From contig CBDCQT010000012.1 of the NCBI GenBank assembly GCA_965220745.1, forward strand, positions 768,001-832,000: a stretch of DNA of 64,000 nt. Direction: 5' to 3'. This DNA is from Alphaproteobacteria bacterium. Its GTDB lineage: Bacteria; Pseudomonadota; Alphaproteobacteria; UBA828. The translations under genes were made by a program, and so were the position numbers. Position 1 is the stretch's first letter, and each line of letters begins with the position of its first letter. Positions 1 through 9,940 of the stretch are shown piece by piece. The notes beneath the pieces are model-generated. The model was given only the letters and a program-made list of their open reading frames with translations, was not told the origin of the DNA and did no database searches.

Positions 1-1
1 G

Positions 2-832
2 CGGGGCCGCGAGGAAATCAACGTGGTGGTCAGGTATCCGGCCGAGCGGCGCAGCCTGAGCGAGCTCGCCAGCGAACGGATCCAACGGCCGGGCGGCGGC
101 GAAATGCCGCTCTCGCTGGTGGCGAACATTACCGAGAAGCGCGAGTCGGCGACGCTGACACGGATCGACGGCAAGCGGGCTGCGCGGGTCAATGGGCGGG
201 CGGACACTGCGGTGATCACGCCGATTCAGGCGCGGCGTGAGGTTCGCGATCAAGTCATCCCCGACCTTCTGGCGAAGTATCCCGGCCTCGCCATCGAGGT
301 CGAAGCCGGTGCGCGGGACGAGGGCGATATGCTCGAGACGCTGGCGCTTCTCGTCCCCATCGTCCTGATCGCGATCTACGCCCTTATCGCGGCATTCCTG
401 CGCAGCTACTGGAAGCCGGTGATCGCGGTTGTGGGCATTCCGATCGCGTTCGCAGGTGCGATTGTGAGTCACTGGATACTCGGCTGGGATCTGACCACCA
501 TGTCGATCTTCGGCATGATTGCCGTCGGCGGCGTGGTCGTGAACGACGCTCTCGTGTTGTTGGACCGCTACAACAAGATCCGGCAGGACAATGCGATGAT
601 CCCCGCCATCGCTGCTGCAGCCGCAGCGACACGACAGCGATTCCGGCCGGTGTTCCTGACGACCCTCACCACGCTGCTGGGGCTCTCGCCCCTGCTCTAT
701 GAGCGCGGCGACGAACTGATCGGATTCGTGCCCTTCGTCGTCAGCATGTTGGGTGGTCTTACGTTCTCCACCCTGTCGATCCTGTTCGTGCTGCCGGCGC
801 TGGTGATGATCGTCGAGGGCCGCCGGGAGTAG
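2..832 (+). CDS. RND efflux transporter permease (AcrB/AcrD/AcrF family), C-terminal part; 5' end lies outside the window
   Basis: Frame is open from position 2. C-terminal RND motifs GVVVNDALVL and RFRPVFLTTLTT, plus several TM helices. Confidence 0.88.
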   Translation, partial: RGREEINVVVRYPAERRSLSELASERIQRPGGGEMPLSLVANITEKRESATLTRIDGKRAARVNGRADTAVITPIQARREVRDQVIPDLLAKYPGLAIEVEAGARDEGDMLETLALLVPIVLIAIYALIAAFLRSYWKPVIAVVGIPIAFAGAIVSHWILGWDLTTMSIFGMIAVGGVVVNDALVLLDRYNKIRQDNAMIPAIAAAAAATRQRFRPVFLTTLTTLLGLSPLLYERGDELIGFVPFVVSMLGGLTFSTLSILFVLPALVMIVEGRRE

Positions 833-879
833 TCCTAGCCCCGGCCAACGATCGTCCCGCGTAGGTTCTCGGCTGCGCG

Positions 880-1353
880 CTACGCCTTCACGATCGTCGC
901 CTGGTGATCCACCGGGAAGTTGACCGAGCGGGCGACGAAGCAGTTGGCGTTGGCCTGCGCGTGCAGGCCCGCTGCGGCCTCGGCATCGCTCTCGGCCGTG
1001 ATCGTCACGCGTGGCCTGAGCCTGACCCGCGTGAACTCGCCCTCGCCCATGGGGGGATGGGTCTGCATCGTGCCCTCGGCCGAGTCCTCGTAGGCGGTAA
1101 CGACGATGCCGGCGGCGGAGCAGAGGTGCAGGTACCAGAGCATGTGACAGGCGGAGAGCGCGGCCACCAGCAGGTCCTCCGGATTGTGTCGGCTCGCGTC
1201 GCCCCGATAGGCGGAGTCCGCCGATCCCGCAATCGTCGGCTTGCCGGCGCAGGCGATGTCGTAGTCGCGCGTGTACGCCTTGTAGCCGGCCGTGCCCTGG
1301 CCGCTGTTTCCTGTCCAGGTCACCGTTGCGCTGTAACTGTGTTCCCGCGCCAT
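880..1353 (-). CDS. OsmC/Ohr family protein
   Basis: NPEDLLVAALSACHMLWYL and NCFVARSV two-Cys motifs. Start moved to the ATG at 1353, which has a CAGGAGA RBS. Confidence 0.9.
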   Translation of the reverse strand: MAREHSYSATVTWTGNSGQGTAGYKAYTRDYDIACAGKPTIAGSADSAYRGDASRHNPEDLLVAALSACHMLWYLHLCSAAGIVVTAYEDSAEGTMQTHPPMGEGEFTRVRLRPRVTITAESDAEAAAGLHAQANANCFVARSVNFPVDHQATIVKA

Positions 1354-1458
1354 GCCTGTCTCCTGCTTCCCCGACATCTGACCCGACGATAGCGATGACG
1401 TCCCGAACATGCGACGCCGGCCGATCGGTTGCACGACCGGCCGGCGCGCAACACGTGT

Positions 1459-2019
1459 TCAGTAATCCTGCTTCGCGCTGAAATCCTGCTTTACGCTGAC
1501 TTGCACGGTCGCGACCGCGTCGGCGACTGGCTCGATGGTCTTGCGGCCCTCATCGTAGCCGATATCGAAGCGGTCGAGGCCGACGGACATGGGCTCGCCG
1601 TTCAACTGCACGACCGCCGTCACGTAGTGGTCCTCGTACATGGTGGGTGCCACCATCACCAGCACACGGACTTCCTCCGCGTGGCTCGCCACCTCGAAGG
1701 TGATGGACTTGCCCGGCGCGAGCAGGACGCCGGGGGGGCCGTCCATGCCGTGGGCGACCGCGGCCTCGGCGCCGATGGCCTCTGCGAGCATTCCGGGGTC
1801 TCCGGTCAGAATCTGGTGCTCCGCTTCCGGCGAGACGTAACGCTCGACGAAGATCTTTCCGTCTTCGGAAACCGGCGCCACCAGCACCGGCGCGAGCAGC
1901 TCATCCTCCATGTTGTTCGTGACCGTGACCTCGTAGGACATATGCGAGGATGCCAGGCTGACCCCGGTCGTCAGGCCAACGACGGCAGCCATTGCCGTCA
2001 ACCCAAAGAGATACTTCAT
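1459..2019 (-). CDS. Secreted protein, probable spondin_N-like domain
   Basis: AGAGGAG RBS, Sec signal MKYLFGLTAMAAVVGLTTGVSLA, then YEVTVTN..LAPV and later DIG.D motifs. Only the C-terminal 186 aa of the 719-aa track ORF is gene-like. Confidence 0.65.
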   Translation of the reverse strand: MKYLFGLTAMAAVVGLTTGVSLASSHMSYEVTVTNNMEDELLAPVLVAPVSEDGKIFVERYVSPEAEHQILTGDPGMLAEAIGAEAAVAHGMDGPPGVLLAPGKSITFEVASHAEEVRVLVMVAPTMYEDHYVTAVVQLNGEPMSVGLDRFDIGYDEGRKTIEPVADAVATVQVSVKQDFSAKQDY

Positions 2020-2331
2020 GTGCTCACTCTCCTCTGAGGGCGGGAGGACGCGACGCGCTACTCCGCCTGTTTCGTGCCGCGCGGGGGAGAGAGTTCCACC
2101 GCGCCTCCCTTGCTGCTGAGGTAGGCGCCGCCCCAGGCGGTTACAACTGGCGCGCCGACCGTTATGACGATACGCGTTCCCCAATTGCGAACCGCCGCAT
2201 AGCCGGGCAGACTCCCGCCGACAGCGCGCGACGGCGAAAGGCTCTCGGTTGTCGAGAGGACGGTTGCGTGCGGGAGCAACTGTTCTGCGCCGAGGCCGAA
2301 AGCCGGCGCGCATAGAGGGAGGAAAGCGACC

Positions 2332-3693
2332 ATGATCATCAGACGCCGCGGAACACGCAGAGAGGAAGGCGCGCGCAAGCGCTTCATCGCGAGCAGGCGT
2401 AACTTCATGAAGGGCGCGGGGCTCGCCGGTTTCGGCGCCGCCGCCATGTCGAGCGGTCTGCTGGCCGACATCAACGACGGCGTCCGCGCCGAGGGCGAGC
2501 CGATCCCGGTCGGCGGCTGCGTGCCGCTCACCGGCTGGGCCGCCGCCGACGGTCTCTCGTTCAAGAGCGGGCTCGAGCTCGCCTGCGAGGAGATCAACAT
2601 GATGGGCGGCATCCTGGGCCGGCCGCTCGCGCCGGTCTTCGAGGACAGCAAGGAGCAGGGCGCCGACAACATCATCCCGGCGATGCAGCGCCTGCTCGAC
2701 CGTCACGAGGTGCACGCCATCATCAACGGCTACAACACCGGCGCCGTCACAGCGGAATACGACACGATCGCCGATGCCGGCGTGCCCTATCTCCACCACA
2801 ACACCGACATCGTGCATCACGAGACGGTGGGCAGCGATCCCGAGCTCTACTTCAGCAACTTCATGGCCGACCCTGCCGAGTACTGGTACGGCGAGGGCTT
2901 CATGAAGTTCATCAGCGACCTCAACGACACCGGCAAGTGGGAGGCGCCCAACAAGAAGGTCGCCATCGTCACCGGCTCGCAGAACTACAGCGTGGTGATC
3001 GCCAACGCGATGCGCGATTCGGCGGAGAAGTACGGCTGGGAGATCAGCCTCTACGAGACCGTGGTGGTGCCGATCTCCGAATGGGGGCCGACGCTGCAGA
3101 AGATCCGCAACGATCCGCCGGCGGCCATCGCGATCACCCACTGGGTGCCGCAGGATCTGGCGCAGTTCATGATGCAGTTCGTGCCCAACCCGACGCCGAG
3201 CCTGGTCTACATGCAGTACGGCCCGCTGCTCGCGGCCTTCCGCGAGATCGGCAAGGAGGCCACCAACGGCGTGCTCTTCGCCACCGTGGTCGGCGCGCTG
3301 CAGGACGAGATCGGCCAGGATTACTCCGCGCGGTTCAACGCGAAGTTCGGCGAGAGCGCGAGCCCGCTCACCGGCTCTCAGCCCTATGACTCGTGCCACT
3401 ACTGGGCGATCGCGGCGGCCATGGCCGGCGGCACCGGGGCGCCCGGCGAGTTCGAGCAGAACGAGAAGGTATGCGATCGCATTCGCCGCAACATCTATCG
3501 CGGCGTGCAGGGCGCGACGGCGTTCGTGCTGCCCTACCAGGCGGCCCGGACCTATCCGACCGAGACCCGCGATGCCTCGCTCGGCATGCCGCATCAGTTC
3601 CTCCAGGTCCAGAACCACCTGGAGCAGGGCAAGCTGATCGCGCCGGAGCCGTACGAGACGGCTGCGTTCCAGGTCCCGCCGTGGATTAGCTGA
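2332..3693 (+). CDS. ABC transporter substrate-binding protein (LivJ/LivK-like), Tat-exported
   Basis: SRRNFMK twin-arginine motif; PLTG..A..G and EEINxxGGILGRP type I periplasmic-binding motifs; GGAGG RBS. Confidence 0.9.
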   Translation: MIIRRRGTRREEGARKRFIASRRNFMKGAGLAGFGAAAMSSGLLADINDGVRAEGEPIPVGGCVPLTGWAAADGLSFKSGLELACEEINMMGGILGRPLAPVFEDSKEQGADNIIPAMQRLLDRHEVHAIINGYNTGAVTAEYDTIADAGVPYLHHNTDIVHHETVGSDPELYFSNFMADPAEYWYGEGFMKFISDLNDTGKWEAPNKKVAIVTGSQNYSVVIANAMRDSAEKYGWEISLYETVVVPISEWGPTLQKIRNDPPAAIAITHWVPQDLAQFMMQFVPNPTPSLVYMQYGPLLAAFREIGKEATNGVLFATVVGALQDEIGQDYSARFNAKFGESASPLTGSQPYDSCHYWAIAAAMAGGTGAPGEFEQNEKVCDRIRRNIYRGVQGATAFVLPYQAARTYPTETRDASLGMPHQFLQVQNHLEQGKLIAPEPYETAAFQVPPWIS

Positions 3694-3701
3694 GACCTGC
3701 C

Positions 3702-4526
3702 ATGGAGCGGACGGCGTCCGAGCCGCTACTCTCCTGCCAGGGCGTCGACAAGTATTTCGGCGCCCTGGCCGCCGTTCGCGATATGACCTTCGACGTCTTC
3801 CCGGGCGAGGCGCTCGGGATCGGCGGGCCCAACGGTGCCGGCAAGACGACGCTGTTCGACGTCATCTCGGGGCTAAACCCGGCCACGGCCGGCAGCATCA
3901 CTTTCGACGGCAGGACCATTACGCGTGCGACACCGGACCGTACCTGCCAGCTCGGCATGGCGCGCACGTTTCAGCTGAACGCCGGTTTCGACACGCTTTC
4001 GGCACGCGAGAACACGCTGATCGCGGCCTATTTCGGGCGCCACAATCGGCTGGTTCCCGGCATGCGCTTCGACCGGGAAACCCAGCGCCTCGCCGACGAG
4101 GCGATGGAGTTCGTCGGCCTCGATGAGGTCGCCCACGAAGCGACGCAGACGCTTCCCGTCTATCACCGCAAGCTCCTGATGGTGGCGGGCGCGCTCGCCA
4201 CCCAGCCCAAGATGCTGTTGATGGACGAGCCGGTCGGCGGCCTCAATCCACGAGAGATCGACGACGTGATGGCGCTCGTCCGGCGGCTCAAGGAGCGCGG
4301 CCTCACCATCATGCTCATCGAGCACGTGATGCGCTTCCTGGTCAGGCTCTCGGACCGGGTGCTGATCATGCACCACGGCGAGAAGATCTTCGAAGGCTCG
4401 GCTTCGGGCCTCGTCTACGACAAGACCGTGGTCGACGTCTATCTGGGGGAGGGCTCGTCGCGGCGGCTCCGACACCTGCTCGAAGACCAGCCGTCGCCCG
4501 ACGAGGGCGCGCCGGGCGCCCCCTGA
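3702..4526 (+). CDS. Branched-chain amino acid ABC transporter ATP-binding protein (LivG-like)
   Basis: Walker A GPNGAGKT, ARTFQ, LLMDEP, IEH. Confidence 0.92.
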   Translation: MERTASEPLLSCQGVDKYFGALAAVRDMTFDVFPGEALGIGGPNGAGKTTLFDVISGLNPATAGSITFDGRTITRATPDRTCQLGMARTFQLNAGFDTLSARENTLIAAYFGRHNRLVPGMRFDRETQRLADEAMEFVGLDEVAHEATQTLPVYHRKLLMVAGALATQPKMLLMDEPVGGLNPREIDDVMALVRRLKERGLTIMLIEHVMRFLVRLSDRVLIMHHGEKIFEGSASGLVYDKTVVDVYLGEGSSRRLRHLLEDQPSPDEGAPGAP

Positions 4527-4544
4527 GCGGCGCTTGAGGGGAGC

Positions 4545-5261
4545 ATGAGCGAGCCGTTGCTCGAAGTCGACTCGCTCGACGCCGGCTATCACGGCCAGCG
4601 CGTGCTGCGCGACATCTCGTTCGGGGTGCCCGACGGCGGCCTCATCACCATCATCGGACCCAACGGCCACGGCAAGACGACGCTGCTGCGCGCCGTCTCC
4701 GGCCTGATTCATCCGATGGCGGGGGAGATTCGCTTCGACGGCAAGGCGCTCGGCCGCGCGCGGGTGGATCAGATCGTGGCGCGCGGCATCGTGCACATCC
4801 CGCAGGGGGACATGATCTTCTCGGAGATGACGGTGCGCGACAATCTCCTGATGGGGGCCTACCTGCCCGTGCCCTTCCGCCAGGCCGACGCGAACCTGAA
4901 GGAGGTCTACGCACTGCTGCCCAGGCTGGAGGAGCGGGAGAGCCAGACCGCGTCCACGCTCTCCGGCGGCGAGCGGCGGATGCTGGCCATCGGGCGCGGG
5001 ATGATGACAGGCGGGCGCATCCTGCTGATCGACGAGCCCTCGCTGGGCCTCGCCCCCATCGCGATCGACACCATCTACGGCCTGATCCAGACGCTCAAGG
5101 AAGCGGGCCGGACGATCCTTCTGGTGGAGGAGAACGCGAGCCGCGTCGCCGATCTCGCGGATCGCATCTATCTGCTCGACCACGGCGAATTCGTCTGGCA
5201 GGGCACCGCCAGCGAGCTCGACCTCCACGAGGAAATCGTCGAGACCTATCTCGGAGCCTGA
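4545..5261 (+). CDS. Branched-chain amino acid ABC transporter ATP-binding protein (LivF-like)
   Basis: GPNGHGKT, LSGGE, LIDEPSLGLAP. Confidence 0.92.
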   Translation: MSEPLLEVDSLDAGYHGQRVLRDISFGVPDGGLITIIGPNGHGKTTLLRAVSGLIHPMAGEIRFDGKALGRARVDQIVARGIVHIPQGDMIFSEMTVRDNLLMGAYLPVPFRQADANLKEVYALLPRLEERESQTASTLSGGERRMLAIGRGMMTGGRILLIDEPSLGLAPIAIDTIYGLIQTLKEAGRTILLVEENASRVADLADRIYLLDHGEFVWQGTASELDLHEEIVETYLGA

Positions 5262-5270
5262 GGCGGCGCG

Positions 5271-6149
5271 GTGGAAACCTTCGTTCAGATCCTCGTCAGC
5301 GGGCTCACGCTCGGCGCCATGTACGCCGCGAGCAGCATCGGGCTCTCGCTCGTGTGGGGGGCGATGGGTGTGCTCAACATGGCCCACGGCGCCCTGCTCA
5401 CCATCGGCGGCTATGCCTCCTATTCGGCAGTGATCCACCTGGGCCTGCCCTGGTACCTCGGGCTGCCGGCGGCGATGATCGTGAGCTTCGTGGTGGGGCT
5501 CCTGATCTACCACATCATCTTCCGCTTCATGTACCGGCACCCGGCGTTCGAGACCAACGTCATCATCGCGACCGTCGGCCTCGCCATCTTCCTCGAACAG
5601 GTGACGCTGCTGATCTACGGCGCCTATCCGTTTCTCCAGCCCTTCTCCATCGAGGAAGGCTTCTTCGTCTCCGGTGTCTTCATCCGCTTCCAGAACGTGG
5701 TGATCCTGGTCCTCGCGGTGGTCACCATGCTGCTGGTCGCAGCGTTGCTCTCGCGCACGCGCATGGGCCGCGCCATCCGGGCGACGGCGCTGAATCGCGA
5801 GGCGGCGCAGCTCATGGGTGTCAATGTCGGGCGGGTCTTCGCCCAAGTGATGGGGATCGCCGGCGTCGTGGCCGCAATCTCGGGCGTCATGCTGAGCTCG
5901 ATCACGACGCTCGCGCCGACCATGGGCTACGACCCCATGCTCAAGGCCTTCATCATCTGCGTCATCGCGGGGCTCGGTAACGTGCCCGGCGCGCTCATCG
6001 CCGCCTTCGTGCTCGGCCTGTTCGAGTCCGTGGTGCAGTTCGCCGTCGGCGTTCGCTTCGGGTTTCCTGCGCTGCTGCTGCTGGTCATCATCGCGCTGAT
6101 CTGGCGGCCCTACGGTGTGTTCGGGCGCCGCCAGGTGCGCCGCGTCTGA
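5271..6149 (+). CDS. Branched-chain amino acid ABC transporter permease (LivH-like)
   Basis: LNMAHG, GRAIRA..N..AA.LMG and GLG.VPG motifs; hydrophobic. Confidence 0.92.
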   Translation: METFVQILVSGLTLGAMYAASSIGLSLVWGAMGVLNMAHGALLTIGGYASYSAVIHLGLPWYLGLPAAMIVSFVVGLLIYHIIFRFMYRHPAFETNVIIATVGLAIFLEQVTLLIYGAYPFLQPFSIEEGFFVSGVFIRFQNVVILVLAVVTMLLVAALLSRTRMGRAIRATALNREAAQLMGVNVGRVFAQVMGIAGVVAAISGVMLSSITTLAPTMGYDPMLKAFIICVIAGLGNVPGALIAAFVLGLFESVVQFAVGVRFGFPALLLLVIIALIWRPYGVFGRRQVRRV

Positions 6150-7213
6150 TGTTCGAGACGGGCCCCAACTGGCGGCGGGACGTCGCCTTCGGCGTCGTGC
6201 TCATCGCGGTGATGATCGCGATCCCGCTCCTTGGGCCGTCGCGCTATTTCATCGGCCAGCTCACGCTCTTCTTCATCTGGGCGACGGTGGTTTCCCAGTG
6301 GAACCTGGTATTCGGCGTCGCCGGCGTTTTCTCGCTGGCGCAGATGGCGATCTTCGCCTTCGGCGGCTTCGCCACAGGGATGATGGGGCTCTACCTCGAC
6401 ATCTCGCTCTGGATCGCGCTGCCGCTTGCCGGCGTGGGCTCGATCCTGTTCAGCCTCATCATCGGGCTCGCATGCCTCAGGCTGCGCGGCCCCTACGTGG
6501 CGCTGCTGACGCTTGCCATCGCCCAGGTGATGTACCTGCTGATCATCACCGACACCGCCTGCTTCTACATGGAGGGTGTGACCTGCCGTAATTTCACGGG
6601 CGGCACGCGCGGCCTCGCCAAATTCGGCGACTTCGGCTTCCGCGAGATGCTCGGCCGCCGCGAGTACCTGAAGGGCGATTATTACCTCTCGCTCTTCCTG
6701 CTCGTGTTGGCGACGGGCTTCTCCTTCGCCATCATTCGCAGCCCGTTGGGCTTCGCCTTTCGGGCGCTGCGCGACAATCCTGAATACGGTGTCTCGCGCG
6801 GGCTCAACCGCTTCAAGTACCAGCTCCTCGTGTTCGCCATGACGGCCTTCTTCACCGGGCTCGCGGGCGGCGTCTTTGCCGGGCACTTCCGGGTCATCGG
6901 CGCCAACGTTCTGTCGCTGCCGCTGCTGCTCTTCCTGATCTCGATGATGGTGGTGGGCGGGCTGGGGCGGGCCTGGGGGCCAATCCTGGGCGCCGCCCTG
7001 GTGATGCTGGCAGACGAGGGGATGAAGGACTTCGTCGAGATCAGGAACATGGGCTATGGCGCGCTGATCGTCGCCATCGTCGTGCTCCTGCCCCAAGGGG
7101 CTGCGGGCGGGCTGGAGCAGGTGTGGGAATGGGGGCGCCGGCAGGTGCTCGCGCTGTGGGGAGGCGCCGGGCGCCCGGCCGCCAGGCGTGCCGGCGAGGA
7201 GCGGCGCGAGTGA
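6149..7213 (+). CDS. Branched-chain amino acid ABC transporter permease (LivM-like)
   Basis: LRGPYVALLTLA and G.AFRALRDN motifs; TGATG stop/start overlap with the upstream permease. Confidence 0.92.
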   Translation: MFETGPNWRRDVAFGVVLIAVMIAIPLLGPSRYFIGQLTLFFIWATVVSQWNLVFGVAGVFSLAQMAIFAFGGFATGMMGLYLDISLWIALPLAGVGSILFSLIIGLACLRLRGPYVALLTLAIAQVMYLLIITDTACFYMEGVTCRNFTGGTRGLAKFGDFGFREMLGRREYLKGDYYLSLFLLVLATGFSFAIIRSPLGFAFRALRDNPEYGVSRGLNRFKYQLLVFAMTAFFTGLAGGVFAGHFRVIGANVLSLPLLLFLISMMVVGGLGRAWGPILGAALVMLADEGMKDFVEIRNMGYGALIVAIVVLLPQGAAGGLEQVWEWGRRQVLALWGGAGRPAARRAGEERRE

Positions 7214-7274
7214 CGGCCGGTGCCGGCCTCGTCATCGCCGCCAACGTCCTCTAACCAACCACGGAATGCGTGCA

Positions 7275-8171
7275 ATGGTCGAGACGCCCAACGAGCCCAT
7301 CGTCTACCTGAACGGTGATTTCGTGCCGCTCAGCGAGGCGAAGATATCCGTGCTGGACCAGGGGTTCCTGCTCGGCGACGGGGTCTTCGACGTGGTCTCG
7401 GCCTGGCGTGGATCGATCTTCAAGCTCGATGAGCACATCGACCGTTTCTTCGATTCGCTGCGCGCGACGCGGCTGGAAACCGCGATGACCCGCGACAATT
7501 GGCGCGCGGCGATCGTCCAGACCTGCCGGCGCAACGGGCTGCGCGACGCCAGCATCCGCTTCATCGTGACGCGCGGCGCGCCCAACGCCGTGGTCGCCGA
7601 CCCGCGCGACTTCGAGCCGACGCGGATCGTCTGGGCCGCGCCCTACATCTTCCTCGCCGACGAGGAGACGCGGCGCTCGGGGATTCGCCTTCACATCACC
7701 CACCTGCGGGCGTTCTCGCCGGACACGCTCGATGCCCGCTACAAGTGCCTCGACCGGCTGCATTCGCAGATGGCGCGGTTGGAAGCACTGGAGGCCGGCT
7801 ACGACGACGTGATCTGGCTCGACCAGGCCGGCTATGCCTGCGAGGGGCCAGCGTCGAACATCTTCGCGGTGAAGGACGGGGTGGTGCACACGCCGGGACG
7901 CAATGTGTTGCGCGGTATCACGCGACAGACCTTCATCGAGCTTGCCAGGGACGCCGGGCTCCCGCTCAGGGAATGCGATCTCACTGCTTTCGATCTCTAC
8001 GCCGCCGACGAGGTGTTTACCTGCAGCACCGCCGGTGGTGCCTTGGCGGTGCGCGAGATCGCCGGCCGCCGGTTGCCTCAGCCCTGCCCCGGCCCGGTCA
8101 CCGAGCGGCTCGACCGGCTCTACTGGGCGCTAAGGGACTCAGGGGCCCACGGCACGCCTGTGTTCGATTGA
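7275..8171 (+). CDS. PLP-dependent aminotransferase, fold type IV (BCAT/D-AAT/(R)-amine transaminase superfamily)
   Basis: YLNGDFVP..AKISVLDQGFLLGDGVF, catalytic Lys in DARYKC, EGPASNIF, LRGITR, ADEVFTCSTAGG. Confidence 0.9.
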   Translation: MVETPNEPIVYLNGDFVPLSEAKISVLDQGFLLGDGVFDVVSAWRGSIFKLDEHIDRFFDSLRATRLETAMTRDNWRAAIVQTCRRNGLRDASIRFIVTRGAPNAVVADPRDFEPTRIVWAAPYIFLADEETRRSGIRLHITHLRAFSPDTLDARYKCLDRLHSQMARLEALEAGYDDVIWLDQAGYACEGPASNIFAVKDGVVHTPGRNVLRGITRQTFIELARDAGLPLRECDLTAFDLYAADEVFTCSTAGGALAVREIAGRRLPQPCPGPVTERLDRLYWALRDSGAHGTPVFD

Positions 8172-8174
8172 GCG

Positions 8175-9197
8175 TTACCGGCCGAATCTACTTGGGCCGC
8201 ATGGAGGGGGTTCCGCATAGGGCCCCCGGTCGTAGAGCGCCGCCTCGAAGGCACGCAGGCGCTTATAGACCGAGATCAGCTCGACGATAACTGTCCAGCT
8301 ATGAACGAGGTATTGGAACGAGCCTTCCACGCGCCCGAAAGCACGGACGATCTGCTGCATCACTCCGAGGGTGATGGCGCCGGCGACGATGGTCGGCGCC
8401 AGCGCGATATAGGGAACAAGAACGCCGAACTGGAGATACGACCACTTCGCGATATCGAAGTACATGTAATGGAAAAATAGTCTGAAGTAGTTTCGCCTGA
8501 CGTTGAAAAACAGCTCTCTCACCGTCGGCGGATCGGCGCGCTCTTCGTGGTCCTCGCCGTAAACCAGTTCCTTCCTGTAGGCGGCTTCCACCACCTGGTT
8601 GTTGAACTCCAATCCTGGAAGCCTGATGCCGACAACGGCGAGCACCGCCGTGCCGAACAGCGCAAAGATGATGGCGGCGTAGACCAGCGCATGATCCAGC
8701 TCGCCGATCACCGGCACCACCTTGATCGACTTCGAGAGCTGCCAGAGAATCGGCAGGAAGGCGATCAGTGTCATGACGGAATCGAGCAGACGGCTGCCCA
8801 GGGATTCCATGATGATCGCGAAGCGGCGGGTATCTTCCTGGATGCGCTGGCTTGCGCCTTCTATGTGCCGCAGGCGCTCCCAGCGGTCCATGTAGAAGTT
8901 GTTCATCGCGTGGCGCCAGCGGAACACCCAATGCTTGGTGAAGAAGCTGAGCATCACGGCGACGACAATGTAGATGCCAGCGATGCGACCGAAGGAGAGC
9001 AACAGCGTGTAGAACTCTTCGATGGTCATGCTGCCGGGTTCGCCCAGCGCCTTCTGGACACCGTCGTAGAATTCGCCGAACCATTCGTTGATCTGCACGT
9101 CGATCTGCACCTGATACCAGGTGCCGCCGATGATGATCGCCATGCCGCCCCAGGCCCAGAGCGACCATTCGCGCGAAAGAAAGAACGATCGAAACAT
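8175..9197 (-). CDS. SbmA/BacA-like peptide transporter
   Basis: IEGASQRIQEDT, EAAYRKELVYGED and QQIVRAFGRV motifs of SbmA/BacA. Confidence 0.88.
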   Translation of the reverse strand: MFRSFFLSREWSLWAWGGMAIIIGGTWYQVQIDVQINEWFGEFYDGVQKALGEPGSMTIEEFYTLLLSFGRIAGIYIVVAVMLSFFTKHWVFRWRHAMNNFYMDRWERLRHIEGASQRIQEDTRRFAIIMESLGSRLLDSVMTLIAFLPILWQLSKSIKVVPVIGELDHALVYAAIIFALFGTAVLAVVGIRLPGLEFNNQVVEAAYRKELVYGEDHEERADPPTVRELFFNVRRNYFRLFFHYMYFDIAKWSYLQFGVLVPYIALAPTIVAGAITLGVMQQIVRAFGRVEGSFQYLVHSWTVIVELISVYKRLRAFEAALYDRGPYAEPPPCGPSRFGR

Positions 9198-9298
9198 GAA
9201 GCCTCCCGTGATCTTATGTCGGCCGCAAAAGCGTGATATGTCAAATTAACACTTTGTAATGTGAGAGTGATTCGTTATTTACTATCTGTTTCTGTGCG

Positions 9299-9314
9299 AT
9301 TTCTCATGAGAAAT
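9299..9314. promoter_or_regulatory. Perfect 16-bp palindrome ATTTCTCATGAGAAAT in the AT-rich region upstream of the sbmA-like gene; candidate operator
   Basis: Self-complementary sequence seen directly, about 100 bp upstream of the start codon. Confidence 0.4.
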
Positions 9315-9429
9315 ATAGATGTATAGAAAAAAACACACAGTGGTGTCATCTTTTATTTTCCAATCACAAAGTATTGAGTGCCTGCTCTGGTAGAGGCGCG
9401 CGAGATACCGCCGATTGCGCCCGCGCCTT

Positions 9430-9885
9430 TCAGCCCCAATAGTGGCCGGTGGTGGCAATCACCAGGGTCACGACGCCGAGGGCCAGGTTGACGGTGATGA
9501 TCCAGCGAATGCCCTCGATCGCACGGCCGGCGGCTGGCAGCGTTCCCGCATCCAGCGCCTTCAGGAAGCGGCGATAGGGGCCGACGAGAAGCCAGAGGTA
9601 GAGCAGGGCCATCAGCACGCCGATGCCTTGCATCAGGTGTATCGACATGTCGATTGCGCCGAAGCCGCCGAACTCGACCAGGATCATCGCGTGCCCGGTC
9701 GCGAGCAGCGCCAGCACGGAGACGCCCACGGCCGGGAAGAAGCGCGCGAACACCCGGCGCCAGAGCGCGAGCCTGACCGCAGGCTCCAGCGGCCCGACCG
9801 CCGGCCGCAGCACGAGGAGCGCGAAGAACATGCCGCCCACCCAGACGACGGCGCTCAGGACATGGATCGTGAGTAGATAGGCCAT
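9430..9885 (-). CDS. CopD/DUF4149-like integral membrane protein
   Basis: H.L..VVWVGGMFF..LVLRPA N-terminal motif; four TM helices. Confidence 0.78.
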   Translation of the reverse strand: MAYLLTIHVLSAVVWVGGMFFALLVLRPAVGPLEPAVRLALWRRVFARFFPAVGVSVLALLATGHAMILVEFGGFGAIDMSIHLMQGIGVLMALLYLWLLVGPYRRFLKALDAGTLPAAGRAIEGIRWIITVNLALGVVTLVIATTGHYWG

Positions 9886-9940
9886 GGCTCACCCTCGCTG
9901 GGTAGACGGCTGGTTCAAGGCAGGGACCGGGCGATGAGAG

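Noticed and set aside
1459-3618. 719-aa ORF as a single gene
   Set aside because: The N-terminal part is the antisense shadow of the ABC binding protein; only 1459-2019 is gene-like.
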